This document shows, one piece after another, positions 37,497 through 47,501 of a stretch of 64,000 nt of DNA (the stretch's first letter is position 1; every line of letters starts with the position of its first letter). This stretch comes from Candidatus Omnitrophota bacterium. GTDB taxonomy: Bacteria; Omnitrophota; Gorgyraeia; Zapsychrales; Fredricksoniimonadaceae. The DNA lies in assembly GCA_903860135.1 (NCBI GenBank), contig CAIOPG010000017.1:203364-267363 (forward strand), given 5' to 3'. The notes under the pieces are model-generated. The model searched no databases, was not told the origin of the DNA, and saw only the letters and a list, made by a program, of their open reading frames with translations. The translations under genes were made by a program, and so were the position numbers.

Positions 37497-38477
37497 TTAC
37501 TTGATGCCCAATAGGGCCGCTACATCAGCCAGTGGGCGAATACTCATAATAACAGGCGTAAAGCCGGCGACATTGCCCAGGCTACCTAATTGATAAGAAT
37601 AAGCCATATCAACCTTTTTTCCGATACTCTGTATCTTCAAATTCCGGGCATTAAGATCAATACCACCCACGCGCTCTGCCTGATCTATTTGCTTGATCTG
37701 GTCAAGATTATGCCGAGCATTGTTCTCCGCCAACAGCAAGGTCAGATAATCTTCCAAAAGACGAAGATTTTTCACCTTATGCCGCTCAGCCAAGTCGCGA
37801 TAGAACATGACACTGTAATATTCCTTCAATAATTCCTTACGGTTAGGCGAATCAATAACCGCCGGAAATCCCCCTGTATCTAAGTATTCATTGAAAGCCT
37901 TCTTCACGAGTGGCCGCTCACGGCTGTACAAAATGCGCTCCACATCGACCGCTATGCCCCGGGCTGAAAGAAATTCCTTGAAACTTAACGGAAATACATT
38001 AACGCTCAACGTCCTCCCTCTCAGTTCTGTGGCGATCTCACGGCTCAAAAGCTTCGACGATGAACCCGTGATGATCAACTTGATATTGGGATGTTGATCC
38101 GTGATCCGTCGCGCCCATTTCGACCAGTTAGCCGCATTTTGGATCTCATCCACAAAGAGATAGACCCTTTGGGTCATATCAACATCCAGCATTTCCCGGC
38201 AAATATCCCACAACAAGGACAATTCATCTCCTCGAACAGGCGAAAGCCGTTCATCCTCAAGGTTAATATAAATAACATTACCAACGGGCACCTTCTGCTT
38301 CGCCCACCGCGCCATCTGGTAACATAAATATGTTTTCCCGGTCCTGCGGGCACCGATGATCGAAAGGATCTCTTTGCCATCCAGAAATCGATTATCAAAA
38401 TCGCGGGCATACCCTTGCGGAATATCGAATTCCTTCCACTCCTGAAGGATGCGTTTAATTTTATCTCGTGTGATCAT
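37497..38477 (-). pseudogene. AAA_14 ATPase truncated and fused to an unrelated GGIDLN...GFTPVI C-terminal tail
   Basis: GARRTGKT, DEIQN, TGSS, GGFP; DUF4143 part replaced after ~37730. Confidence 0.7.
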
Positions 38478-38478
38478 A

Positions 38479-38528
38479 TGTCCTCCTTACTGGACATAAG
38501 CATACCATATTAGTCCTATATATAGGAC
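38479..38528. promoter_or_regulatory. Dyad sites upstream of the AAA_14 gene
   Basis: GTCCTATATATAGGAC perfect palindrome (38513-38528) and TGTCC-N8-GGACA. Confidence 0.55.
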
Positions 38529-38574
38529 ACGTTAATATATTCTTGTGGCATAGGTAAAGAATTCGAGATACACC

Positions 38575-38599
38575 GAACGGGTTTAAAACCCGTCCCTAC
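38575..38599 (-). repeat. GTAG-type REP-like hairpin
   Basis: GTAGGGACGGGTTTTAAACCCGTTC; related copy at 51217. Confidence 0.6.
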
Positions 38600-38675
38600 A
38601 TGGCATACTCTTACCAGAACCCTGTGGCCATAATTGACCTTTTCCCCTATTATTCTTCTGGTAGAAACCAATGCT

Positions 38676-39848
38676 TCAAACCAATCCACCCAGAAACTTA
38701 GCGACGGAGATAATGCGAATATCTTCCTTTAAGACATCAATATTTTGATCCTGAACAACCAGGAACAGGAACGGCACCTTCAATTTGCGCCCAAAATATG
38801 ATAAGGATGAAGATACCCCTTTAAAAGAAGATTTTACTTCAACGCAAAACCATGGCTTATGATCAACACAAACCATGAAATCAACCTCTCTCTGTTCTTT
38901 ATCCCGCACATAGTAAAGCTCCGCTTTATATCCGTCCCGATCAGACAAAAAGTGGCAAAACTTTAAGAGATGCGACGCCACAATATTTTCAAGCCTGGCA
39001 CCGGGATCCTGTACTTCTGACCAGTCCCATAAATATAATTTCGGCTCTTTCCTTAATGACTTAATAGCCGTGCTCTGCCAGGGATATATCCGAAAATGAT
39101 AATAAAACTTCTCAAGAATATCGACCCACAATGAAACCGTCTTGTGCGTTACCTGCAGATCCTCCCTTAGCGCATTCATGGAAAAAAGTGACCCTACTTT
39201 ATCGGGAAGAAGCTGAACAAGAACCTGCAACGCAGAAAGATCACGAACAATTTCAACATCCCGAATATCTTCCTTGATCAGACGATCCGCCCTTTCCTGA
39301 TGCCAACGTCTCAAACTACGTTCAGTCTGCCTGGCGACCTGTTCCGGAAACCCTCCGAATTTTAATAATGTCTCAAATGCTTGTGGCTGTGCTGAAGGAA
39401 AATCAAGACTTCCCCCAATCCGAAATTCCTGGGACTTTATTCCAGCAAGCTCGGCTGTCGAGAAAGGATTCAACCTATAGGAACGATACCGCCCCAGAAG
39501 AGAATCCCCTCCTTTACGATAGACATCGAGTCGAGCACTGCCTGTCACAAGAACATGAAACTTGTCCTTATGCTTGTCATACTCACCTTTAAGCAACGTT
39601 TTCCACTTCTTGTACTTATGGATCTCATCAAGAATAAACAGCCTAGTGTCAGCCTGCCACAATCCTTTTAAAATCTGTTTTCTATCTACGCCGTAATCCC
39701 AGTTCAAATACGCTGACGCTCCCGCGAAAGCATCACCGGCAACATTCTTGGCCAGCGTAGTCTTACCAACCTGACGAGGCCCGCTGATAAAGACCATCTT
39801 CTCGTTTAAGTCTTCAAGAATATACTTCTCAAGATATCGCTTGATCAT
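38676..39848 (-). CDS. AAA_14 + DUF4143 ATP-binding protein
   Basis: GPRQVGKTT, DEIHK, TGSARL, GGFPE, KLYLWD, EVDF...EVK. Confidence 0.9.
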   Translation of the reverse strand: MIKRYLEKYILEDLNEKMVFISGPRQVGKTTLAKNVAGDAFAGASAYLNWDYGVDRKQILKGLWQADTRLFILDEIHKYKKWKTLLKGEYDKHKDKFHVLVTGSARLDVYRKGGDSLLGRYRSYRLNPFSTAELAGIKSQEFRIGGSLDFPSAQPQAFETLLKFGGFPEQVARQTERSLRRWHQERADRLIKEDIRDVEIVRDLSALQVLVQLLPDKVGSLFSMNALREDLQVTHKTVSLWVDILEKFYYHFRIYPWQSTAIKSLRKEPKLYLWDWSEVQDPGARLENIVASHLLKFCHFLSDRDGYKAELYYVRDKEQREVDFMVCVDHKPWFCVEVKSSFKGVSSSLSYFGRKLKVPFLFLVVQDQNIDVLKEDIRIISVAKFLGGLV

Positions 39849-40043
39849 TCCAGCCCCCGATTGATGCTCCTACATTTTCTACCATAGTAGAATAAAGTAT
39901 ACAACATTTTCTAATCTGGTCAAGTAAGCTGGGGATGTTCTCAATCACATACCCCCTATGATCACGCCTCTTTCTTCGGTCGCTCGCCATAGTATTGGTA
40001 ATAATTGACTTCGATGTCGCTATAAGCCAAAGAAGGGGGCATC

Positions 40044-40916
40044 CTAAGGTTCCTTCCTGACAGCCGGCGTGAATGCCTCGCGGCTGAGATCGTTTAATTC
40101 AATTCCGGCCGCGCTGACAGCCAAAGCATCATGCCCCGGCCAGGGCACAACGACCAGCTTGATCGTCGGGGTACCGCTGTTGCCATAATAAAGCTTGAAT
40201 GTTGAACGCGGCTGGAACACAGGATTCCCCAGGACCTGCTTCAACCCCGGAAAGATGAAATTCTTCACATAATTGATCCAGCCGGCCTTGTTGATGGCCG
40301 CCACCGCCGCCTCATTCACCAGAAGCTCCTCGCCCGACCAGCCTTGGTTGAACTCATCATGGCCCTGCACCACAACCCGAATCTTCACATGAACAGGAAC
40401 AGGCGCATGCGCCTCAAAGCGTTCGATCAACTGACCTGTCAAATGCGCCACCCCGAACCACGCCTGCTGGGCATCATCAAAACTTCCGGCGAGCCTGAAA
40501 GCCTCGAGACTTTCTTTCGCCGGGAACCATATCTGCCACGCCCGCTGGATATCATCCCATATTCCCTTAAGCGACGGATCCGCCTGCAGGGCCCGGCGCA
40601 TGATATTGCTGATCTCCACCCGCAGGTCATAGGGGATCTCCCGGATGAACCGCGCCGCCAGCGGTGATGCCGGATTCCCGGGCTCCTGATGCCCCACATG
40701 TAGGATAGCTCCGTCCTGACGGATGACCGTGCCATTGGAACTGCCGGTCACCTGCAACGGGATCACCAGCCCCCGCTTGACCTGCACACGCAACGGCGTC
40801 ACCCCGTACTCGATGGCCGACGGCAGGCTCAATTCTATCTCATGATCAACAAGCTCCCGCGGGAACTTCCTGTCATCCAGAAAACCTGATTCTCTTAATC
40901 TGTCATGGGGGATCAT
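40044..40916 (-). CDS. Hypothetical protein
   Basis: 290-aa ORF with GAAGG RBS; no family recognised. Confidence 0.6.
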   Translation of the reverse strand: MIPHDRLRESGFLDDRKFPRELVDHEIELSLPSAIEYGVTPLRVQVKRGLVIPLQVTGSSNGTVIRQDGAILHVGHQEPGNPASPLAARFIREIPYDLRVEISNIMRRALQADPSLKGIWDDIQRAWQIWFPAKESLEAFRLAGSFDDAQQAWFGVAHLTGQLIERFEAHAPVPVHVKIRVVVQGHDEFNQGWSGEELLVNEAAVAAINKAGWINYVKNFIFPGLKQVLGNPVFQPRSTFKLYYGNSGTPTIKLVVVPWPGHDALAVSAAGIELNDLSREAFTPAVRKEP

Positions 40917-40996
40917 AAGACCTTCAGTTGATTAGTATGCCCAACCAGCCCAACGAATAACATTCTTCAATGAGTCAACGGGAGCAACGCTTCTTG

Positions 40997-41299
40997 TTAA
41001 ATCACTCCGATCAAACCTTTTTCCTCAATAATGTGCAACAATTTTAAAGCAGTCCCCGACGGTTTCTTGATGCCCTGCTCCCACCCCTGGACTGTTTGCA
41101 CGCTCGTATTGATAAATCTGGCAAAGGCCGCCTGACTTAATTTTAATTTTCTCCGTAATCTAACGATCGCTTTAGGTTCATAGGGCTTCACGTCAAGCGC
41201 AAAAGCTTTGACTTCACGGAGAGTTATTTCCGTAATAGAACCATTTTTATAAAGGTCTTCCATTGATTCCAGAACCATGTTTTTAATGTTGTTTTCCAT
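40997..41299 (-). CDS. HigA-like HTH antitoxin
   Basis: LSQAAFARFINTSVQTVQGWEQGIKKPSG. Confidence 0.88.
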   Translation of the reverse strand: MENNIKNMVLESMEDLYKNGSITEITLREVKAFALDVKPYEPKAIVRLRRKLKLSQAAFARFINTSVQTVQGWEQGIKKPSGTALKLLHIIEEKGLIGVI

Positions 41300-41398
41300 T
41301 TAACCATCATCCTTTTTTGAAACTTCAAAAAGTGCATCGTCCGTAATTCCCTGCTTTTTGACCCAACGATAGAAATATTTATTTTTTAAATAATACAT
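41300..41398 (-). pseudogene. Collapsed RelE/HigB-like toxin remnant (32 aa)
   Basis: MYYLKNKYFYRWVKKQGITDDALFEVSKKDDG* resembles a RelE-like toxin N-terminus joined to a C-terminus; GGAG RBS; abuts the antitoxin. Confidence 0.6.
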
Positions 41399-41567
41399 TT
41401 GGACTCCCTACTACTGACCAACACCCACATAAAGTATACCGCTCAGTAGCATACCTATCAAGTAGAAACTCCCGAGGGATTGGGAATGATACCATTGATC
41501 ATTCCCCCCCCCCTGAGCGACGAGGATATCCAACACGGCCTGTTCAACTTCGAACGCGGTGATTAAT

Positions 41568-42653
41568 TTACTTATTGTGTAATATTAACTGGTTATGTAG
41601 CTGTTTCTCTGACGGTAACGCTAATTTATATTTAGATGCAAAAATCTTGTTATTCATTCCGCCTAAAACATATTTGGCAAAAACTTCGCTCTTTTTCGTG
41701 CAAAGAATAAGACCTATCGGATCATTTTCATCCGGACCTTTCTCGTGCTCCTTGAAATAATTCAGGTAAAGATTCATCTGCCCGGCATCCGCGTGATCAA
41801 GCTCACCGGACTTGAGGTCCACCAATACAAAACATTTCAAAAGGCGATTATAAAAAACAAGATCAACCCGATAGTGCCTGTTGGCAACCGTAATCCTTCT
41901 TTGACGTGCTACAAAAGAAAAGCCTTTGCCCAATTCCAACAGGAAATATTGTAGCTTGTCAATCAGGGCTTGTTCCAGTTGAGTTTCCGAATAAGCGGCG
42001 TCCTCGCGTAAATTCAAAAACTCCAAAATATACGGATCCTTGATCGCGTCTTCCGGCTTCTCGATGATATGACCCTGCTTGGCCAGTTGAAGAACCTTCT
42101 TCTTGTCCTTACTGAGCGACAACCTCTCAAACAGCGATGCGTTCATTTGTCTCTTAAGCTCGCGGACAGACCATCTGTTCTCGACAGATTCTTTCTCGTA
42201 GAATGCCCGCGCCAGATCACCGTCCTCTTTTAAAAGCTCACAATAATGCGACCAACCCAATAACGGACGAAATTGGTCAGACGACGTCTGACCAATCATC
42301 TTGAGAGCGCTCGCCTTGGATCCCGGCACTGATTCGTCAGACACTGTCTGACGAATTGGGAACACCTGATAAAATAATCGCATCATTTTCAAATTCGTTG
42401 TAGAGAAACCTTTTCCAAACCTCTGTCTCATATCTTCAGACAAGCGATCAATCAACGCATCGCCGTATTCGGCACGCGACCGGCCTTTTTGCTCATATTC
42501 AACAATCGATTGACCAATACGCCAATAAGCTGACACCTGCGTTGTGTCAATCACCTGCACAACCTGACGCCGTGCATTAATAATAATTTCGCCGATCACG
42601 TCCAATAAGGATCCGTATCCGGCAGCAACAGGTTTGATTGATTTCTTCGTCAT
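41568..42653 (-). CDS. DUF1016/YhcG-family PD-(D/E)XK nuclease-domain protein
   Basis: YWRIG, WSHY, WSVRELKRQ, IKDPYILEFL, ELGKGF, DLVFY...DLK, IGLILC. Confidence 0.93.
   Translation of the reverse strand: MTKKSIKPVAAGYGSLLDVIGEIIINARRQVVQVIDTTQVSAYWRIGQSIVEYEQKGRSRAEYGDALIDRLSEDMRQRFGKGFSTTNLKMMRLFYQVFPIRQTVSDESVPGSKASALKMIGQTSSDQFRPLLGWSHYCELLKEDGDLARAFYEKESVENRWSVRELKRQMNASLFERLSLSKDKKKVLQLAKQGHIIEKPEDAIKDPYILEFLNLREDAAYSETQLEQALIDKLQYFLLELGKGFSFVARQRRITVANRHYRVDLVFYNRLLKCFVLVDLKSGELDHADAGQMNLYLNYFKEHEKGPDENDPIGLILCTKKSEVFAKYVLGGMNNKIFASKYKLALPSEKQLHNQLILHNK
42272..42356. repeat. Two perfect 12-bp inverted repeats 60 bp apart inside the DUF1016 gene
   Basis: ATTGGTCAGACG-A-CGTCTGACCAAT and ATTCGTCAGACA-C-TGTCTGACGAAT. 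Confidence 0.95.
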
Positions 42654-42719
42654 TGAACAAACTCCCTTGAAATGCCCGTTATACCTACCTGGTAAACATT
42701 TACACTTATTCTCTAAAGT

Positions 42720-43523
42720 CTACCCCAGATTCTCCGCGCTATAGCGCGCAATAAGGCCGGTGCGGACGGCGTGGCGGTAGGTGGCGGTGAAGAATTTGCA
42801 GGCAAGGATGACATAAAGGGCGGCCAGCGTGATACTCGCCAGGAGCGGCGCTAACGGGACACTGCCCCCTGAGGCCATGACGCGCATTGACTCAAAGACA
42901 TACGACGGCGGCACGGCGTGGGCGATGATCTGCATCCAGGGGGGTAAGGTGGAGAGCGGATAAAAGACACCGGCAAACGGGGCGATCAGGGCGGGTAAAG
43001 GCCATATCAGCCATTCGGCGGCAGGGCCAAAACGCAGGACAACCGCACAACCCAGAACGCCCATGGCGATCCCAAATAAAAAGAGAACGAAAATAAACGG
43101 CACCAGCATCAGGCCATAAACAGCAAAGGACAGGCCAAAAAACCCTGTTGCCAGAATAAGCATCATGATCACCCCGACACAGCTGGTCGCTATGCTCGAC
43201 AGCACAAGCCCGATGATATACTCCGATATCAGTAAAGGCGACGCAAAAATATTAAGAAAGTTGCGCGACCAGACATCTTCAAAGAACACCATGGTCACCC
43301 CCTGCATGATGCGCAGGAAGAAATCCCACAACAAAACAGCCCCCAGGATCACCGGGATAAAATCAAGCCCAGCAGGAACGACCGAATTAAGATACCGGCT
43401 CATGAACCCCCATAAAACAATATCAATGACCACCCAGATAAATAACGGCACCATTCGGGTAAAACTCCCGCGGATGAGGTAAAACTGGCGCAATAAGATC
43501 GCGTAAATACGATGGATTGACAT
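42720..43523 (-). CDS. ABC-2 type transporter permease
   Basis: About six TM segments, EDVWSRNFLNIFASPL, FYPLSTLP; start ATG 43523. Confidence 0.88.
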   Translation of the reverse strand: MSIHRIYAILLRQFYLIRGSFTRMVPLFIWVVIDIVLWGFMSRYLNSVVPAGLDFIPVILGAVLLWDFFLRIMQGVTMVFFEDVWSRNFLNIFASPLLISEYIIGLVLSSIATSCVGVIMMLILATGFFGLSFAVYGLMLVPFIFVLFLFGIAMGVLGCAVVLRFGPAAEWLIWPLPALIAPFAGVFYPLSTLPPWMQIIAHAVPPSYVFESMRVMASGGSVPLAPLLASITLAALYVILACKFFTATYRHAVRTGLIARYSAENLG

Positions 43524-43527
43524 AGGG

Positions 43528-44274
43528 TTATCCGTCAGACAATGTGAGGGGTTCACGCGCCACTGTAATAAAAAGATCCTCGAGCGATGCCTTGCCATGC
43601 TGGGCCGGAAGAGTTTTGGGATCACCCTGAAGCAGGATTTTGCCGTGGGAAAGGAATAAGACCCGGTCGCACACCACCTCAACTTCGTGCATATTGTGAG
43701 ATGTCCACAGAACCCCGCCGGTCCCCCCGACCGTGAAGCCCCTGATCTTCTGGCGGATATCACGCGCTGTCGACGGATCAAGAGACGCTGTCGGCTCATC
43801 GAGCAATAAGAGTTTAGGCTGATTCAGCATGGCCTTGGCCAGGCACAAGCGCGTCTGCTCACCCGAAGAAAGCGCCCCGCACTTGACACGACGGAATGCT
43901 TCAAGCCCGAACTGCGCCATCAATGCCTCAATGCGCGCCGTGATATCTTTAACACCATAAAGCAAACCAAAAAAATGCAGATTCTCGGTTACAGTAAGAT
44001 TCCCCGGTAAGGGCGCATAGACAGCCGCAAAGTTGGTGCGTGTCAAAGCCGGCGAACGGTGTTTCTGAATATCAAGGCCGTCAATACTCACGGTCCCCGC
44101 TGAAGGCTCAAGCACCCCCAGGATCATATTGATCGTCGTGGTCTTCCCCGCCCCGTTAGGCCCTAAAAGCCCCACGATCTCGCCGGGCGCCACATCAAAG
44201 GACACGCCCGCCACCGCAGCCTTATCGCCGTAATTCTTGCATAGATTGGAAATAGAAAGGATATGTTCTGGCAT
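43528..44274 (-). CDS. ABC transporter ATP-binding protein
   Basis: GPNGAGKTT, LSSGE, LLLDEPT, SH. Confidence 0.93.
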   Translation of the reverse strand: MPEHILSISNLCKNYGDKAAVAGVSFDVAPGEIVGLLGPNGAGKTTTINMILGVLEPSAGTVSIDGLDIQKHRSPALTRTNFAAVYAPLPGNLTVTENLHFFGLLYGVKDITARIEALMAQFGLEAFRRVKCGALSSGEQTRLCLAKAMLNQPKLLLLDEPTASLDPSTARDIRQKIRGFTVGGTGGVLWTSHNMHEVEVVCDRVLFLSHGKILLQGDPKTLPAQHGKASLEDLFITVAREPLTLSDG

Positions 44275-44308
44275 AGGGAAGGATTATAACAGATAACCCA
44301 TTCAAATC

Positions 44309-44716
44309 TCATTTCCTGGCTTCTTTTTCTATCAACGAGAACGAAACAAAGCACCCTTCGATTTCCTTCAACGGTAACACGGTTTCTTGGGTGCCGCGTT
44401 TGACGGTCACAAACACCTCTCCCGGGATCTCTTTCCGGTTAATGATCGACACGTCCTCGTAAACGTCCGTCACAAAATCTGCAAGTCGCTTGGAACGGTT
44501 GCCCGGCTCCATGAAAATAACCTGCTCCCCAACCATTGGTTTACGGAATTTATAATCCAGCTTATACACGATCCCCCGGTCAACACGCCCATCGGCATAC
44601 ATGACCTTACTGGACTCCGCAACAAAGTGACGTGTCAATAACAGCACCACATACAACAAGAAAAGAACGCTCCCGATCCTGGGTACGAGCTTTGACCCGG
44701 CATTATTCCTGGGCAC
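44309..44716 (-). CDS. Membrane-anchored protein resembling a degenerate S26 signal peptidase
   Basis: TM then YKLDYKFRKPMVGEQVIF resembling the S26 region; no SxSM catalytic motif. Confidence 0.5.
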   Translation of the reverse strand: MPRNNAGSKLVPRIGSVLFLLYVVLLLTRHFVAESSKVMYADGRVDRGIVYKLDYKFRKPMVGEQVIFMEPGNRSKRLADFVTDVYEDVSIINRKEIPGEVFVTVKRGTQETVLPLKEIEGCFVSFSLIEKEARK

Positions 44717-44779
44717 ATCTTGTGCCTCCGACGGCTACATGTCATTCATCATGGCAATAATTCTCCGTTCTTCATCACC

Positions 44780-46354
44780 CTAAACATCCAATTTTTTATC
44801 CCCAAGAATATGCAACGCCATCGCCCTGCGCGTCTCATACGCCAAAAAGCTCATCACGCCGGCAACAATACACGGCGCCATTACCGCTATAAACTCGAAC
44901 TGCTTTTGTTCCAACAATAAAGAAGCGGCATATGGCAGAGCCATGAACGGCGATATTGTCGCCATTGAAACATGCTCATTCAACCTGAAATTCATCATCA
45001 GTGCCATCATCCATGGCAAAAACACCCACCATATCAGCAGGGCCGTAAGAATGAAAATCCGTTTATTCCGCCAGCGGCTCAATCTGAAGAACTCCAGGAA
45101 TCCCGCGAAGGCCATGATATGACTGCTTATAATCAGAAAATATGAGATGCCGCTCAACAGCGAGCAATGAACAACCATTACATACGGCAGAATGAAAAGC
45201 CCCCCCATCCCGACATAAACAAGGACTGTCAGCATGCCGGTGGCGCCATCATCGGCCATCACCTTCCCCGCAATTCCAAAACTTTTGTTCAACATCAGAT
45301 ACTTTGAACATCTAAAATATGTCGGGACACAAAAGAAACTGATCAAGCCGCCGGCCATGACAAATAACGAAGTGAACAATGAGATTTCTGACCAGATGAA
45401 CCTATTAAGAAAGGACTTCATTGACCCGTCGGAATAGAAAGTAAAGTAGGCACTTGCTTTAAAAAGTTCATCAATATGCATATAATTTGCCACAAAAAAA
45501 CCTGTCACCACAAACAAAATGAAACCACAAAAACGCATCACGTCAGCTTTTGACCAGGCAAGGCTGTTGGGCAGGCAGAATAGCCGCGTGATCCCCTTGA
45601 TCACCAGCAACAACAAGGGTATTTGAACAATGGCCTGCATCACAATCAATGGGAAATCTAGGATATAAAAATGACCGTTAAAATGCGGCGCACTCGGCAC
45701 ATGCCACAAACCTGGGAGAATAGCCTGAAACGCCGTCACCCCTGATACATGAGAAAAGAACGTACAAGATGTTGCCAATAGAAATGCCCCGAGAATAGGA
45801 ACACCAAAGAAAAGAAAAAGCAACAATAAAAATATTGGATTAATACGTTTTTTATTGGCTGATGAGAGGGCAGCCATCACGGCTATAGAATGGAAAAGAA
45901 CCCCTGTCATGATCAGGGATACATTGAATGTAACAACCTGGAGAATCCTCACCTCAGGTAAAACCGTAAAGAATAATTCAAGCACAAATAAAATGCAGAA
46001 AATCCCCCACTCCACACACGTACTTCCAAAAATAAGGCCAATGACTTTATGCCCCACCGGCTGAGGGGAATTCCGATGAAAATCCAGCGTTTCCCCTGTC
46101 CGCTCACGGGCCGCCATCTGCCCGGCCAGCATCGTCCCCTGCACCAAAAGAACCAGCGCCTGAACAATAACAATCGTATTGAATAAGGACAAACAAACAG
46201 CTGACAATTGTGTCTGATGCAATGACGCGCTCAGAAATCCCAGGAATATACTCCCTAAAATCAATATGCCGATACAGATCAGCTGCACCGGGCGCGTACG
46301 TTCATACCAGCAACTTAAGAAAAGTGCGTTATTTTTCAAATCCAGGCAATTCAT
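44780..46354 (-). CDS. Polytopic membrane protein (ABC exporter permease-like)
   Basis: Many TM segments, ARERTGETLDF..SP motif; coupled to ATPase. Confidence 0.75.
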   Translation of the reverse strand: MNCLDLKNNALFLSCWYERTRPVQLICIGILILGSIFLGFLSASLHQTQLSAVCLSLFNTIVIVQALVLLVQGTMLAGQMAARERTGETLDFHRNSPQPVGHKVIGLIFGSTCVEWGIFCILFVLELFFTVLPEVRILQVVTFNVSLIMTGVLFHSIAVMAALSSANKKRINPIFLLLLFLFFGVPILGAFLLATSCTFFSHVSGVTAFQAILPGLWHVPSAPHFNGHFYILDFPLIVMQAIVQIPLLLLVIKGITRLFCLPNSLAWSKADVMRFCGFILFVVTGFFVANYMHIDELFKASAYFTFYSDGSMKSFLNRFIWSEISLFTSLFVMAGGLISFFCVPTYFRCSKYLMLNKSFGIAGKVMADDGATGMLTVLVYVGMGGLFILPYVMVVHCSLLSGISYFLIISSHIMAFAGFLEFFRLSRWRNKRIFILTALLIWWVFLPWMMALMMNFRLNEHVSMATISPFMALPYAASLLLEQKQFEFIAVMAPCIVAGVMSFLAYETRRAMALHILGDKKLDV

Positions 46355-47295
46355 GCAACCTCCTTGGCGCCGACTTTAAGAAAGATATCTTCTATGTCAT
46401 CGCTGGCTAGTGAACATTCCAATAAACCGACATTAGCCGCCAATATTTTCTTCAGAAATTGAGATGCGGCTTCTTCGGCATTCTGAAAATAAATAACATA
46501 TCGGGTCCCCTCTTGGCGTACGCGATCCTTGCCAAGACCTTCTTCAAGCAACAAACCTTCAAGCGCTGCAAGTCCCTCCGCTTCTTTGGCAAAGCGGATG
46601 ATCAACTTCTGCGTGCCCCCTGTCTGCCTACGGAGCTCATCCATCGTCCCCGCCATGACCAGCCTGCCTTTTTCCAGGATAATAATCGAATCAACAAACT
46701 CACTCAACTCAGAAAGAATATGACTGGAAATAAGGATCGTGGCGCCATTGGCCCTGGCTTCTTTCAGCAGGTCACGCATTTGTTTGCGCGCCAGAGGATC
46801 AAGCCCGCTGGCAGGTTCATCAAGGAGCAATATCAGCGGATAAACCTCGAGGGTCTTCGCCAATACCAGGCGCTGCTGCATCCCGCGCGACAAACCCTTG
46901 ATCAACGCATCTCTTTTCGTGCCTAGGTCACTCTTGATCAGCCACTTTTCAACGCAGCTGGGACGATCTTCTGCCTTAATACCGTAAGCGGCAGCAAAAA
47001 TATCCAGATATTCCCACACTTTCAAATTTTCATAGACCGGAGAAAAATCCGGCATATACCCCACACACGCCAATGCTTTTTCACGCGCTGTTTCCAGATT
47101 AAATCCATTCAGGCTTATCTTGCCCTGGGCAGGCTCAAGAACACCGGCCAGCGCCTTGATCGTCGACGTTTTACCGGCACCATTAGGGCCGATAAAACCA
47201 TAGATCTTCCCGCGTTCCAGCTGGAAGGAAAGATCATTCACCGCCGTCATGCCATCATAAACGATGCACAAGTTTGAGACTTCAACAAAACTCAT
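46351..47295 (-). CDS. ABC transporter ATP-binding protein
   Basis: GPNGAGKTS, LSRGMQQR, LLDEPASGLD. Confidence 0.92.
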   Translation of the reverse strand: MSFVEVSNLCIVYDGMTAVNDLSFQLERGKIYGFIGPNGAGKTSTIKALAGVLEPAQGKISLNGFNLETAREKALACVGYMPDFSPVYENLKVWEYLDIFAAAYGIKAEDRPSCVEKWLIKSDLGTKRDALIKGLSRGMQQRLVLAKTLEVYPLILLLDEPASGLDPLARKQMRDLLKEARANGATILISSHILSELSEFVDSIIILEKGRLVMAGTMDELRRQTGGTQKLIIRFAKEAEGLAALEGLLLEEGLGKDRVRQEGTRYVIYFQNAEEAASQFLKKILAANVGLLECSLASDDIEDIFLKVGAKEVA

Positions 47296-47501
47296 GTTTT
47301 CTCCTTGTCTTGGGTGAACACATATTCCCGCGCACTCCAACGAATCCACAACCACTTTCCCCTGCGGATACATCAACCTTAATCAAAACTGACAGAATAC
47401 TCATACCATGGCCCGAACAAATGCCCCCGAAGCTTTTCAAGTTTCTTATGCTTTGGATTATAGCAGATGCCTGACGATCAAGTCATTAGACTCATTAACC
47501 T

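Noticed and set aside
41504-41513. C10 homopolymer as a phase-variation switch
   Set aside because: Intergenic, not within a supported ORF or promoter spacer
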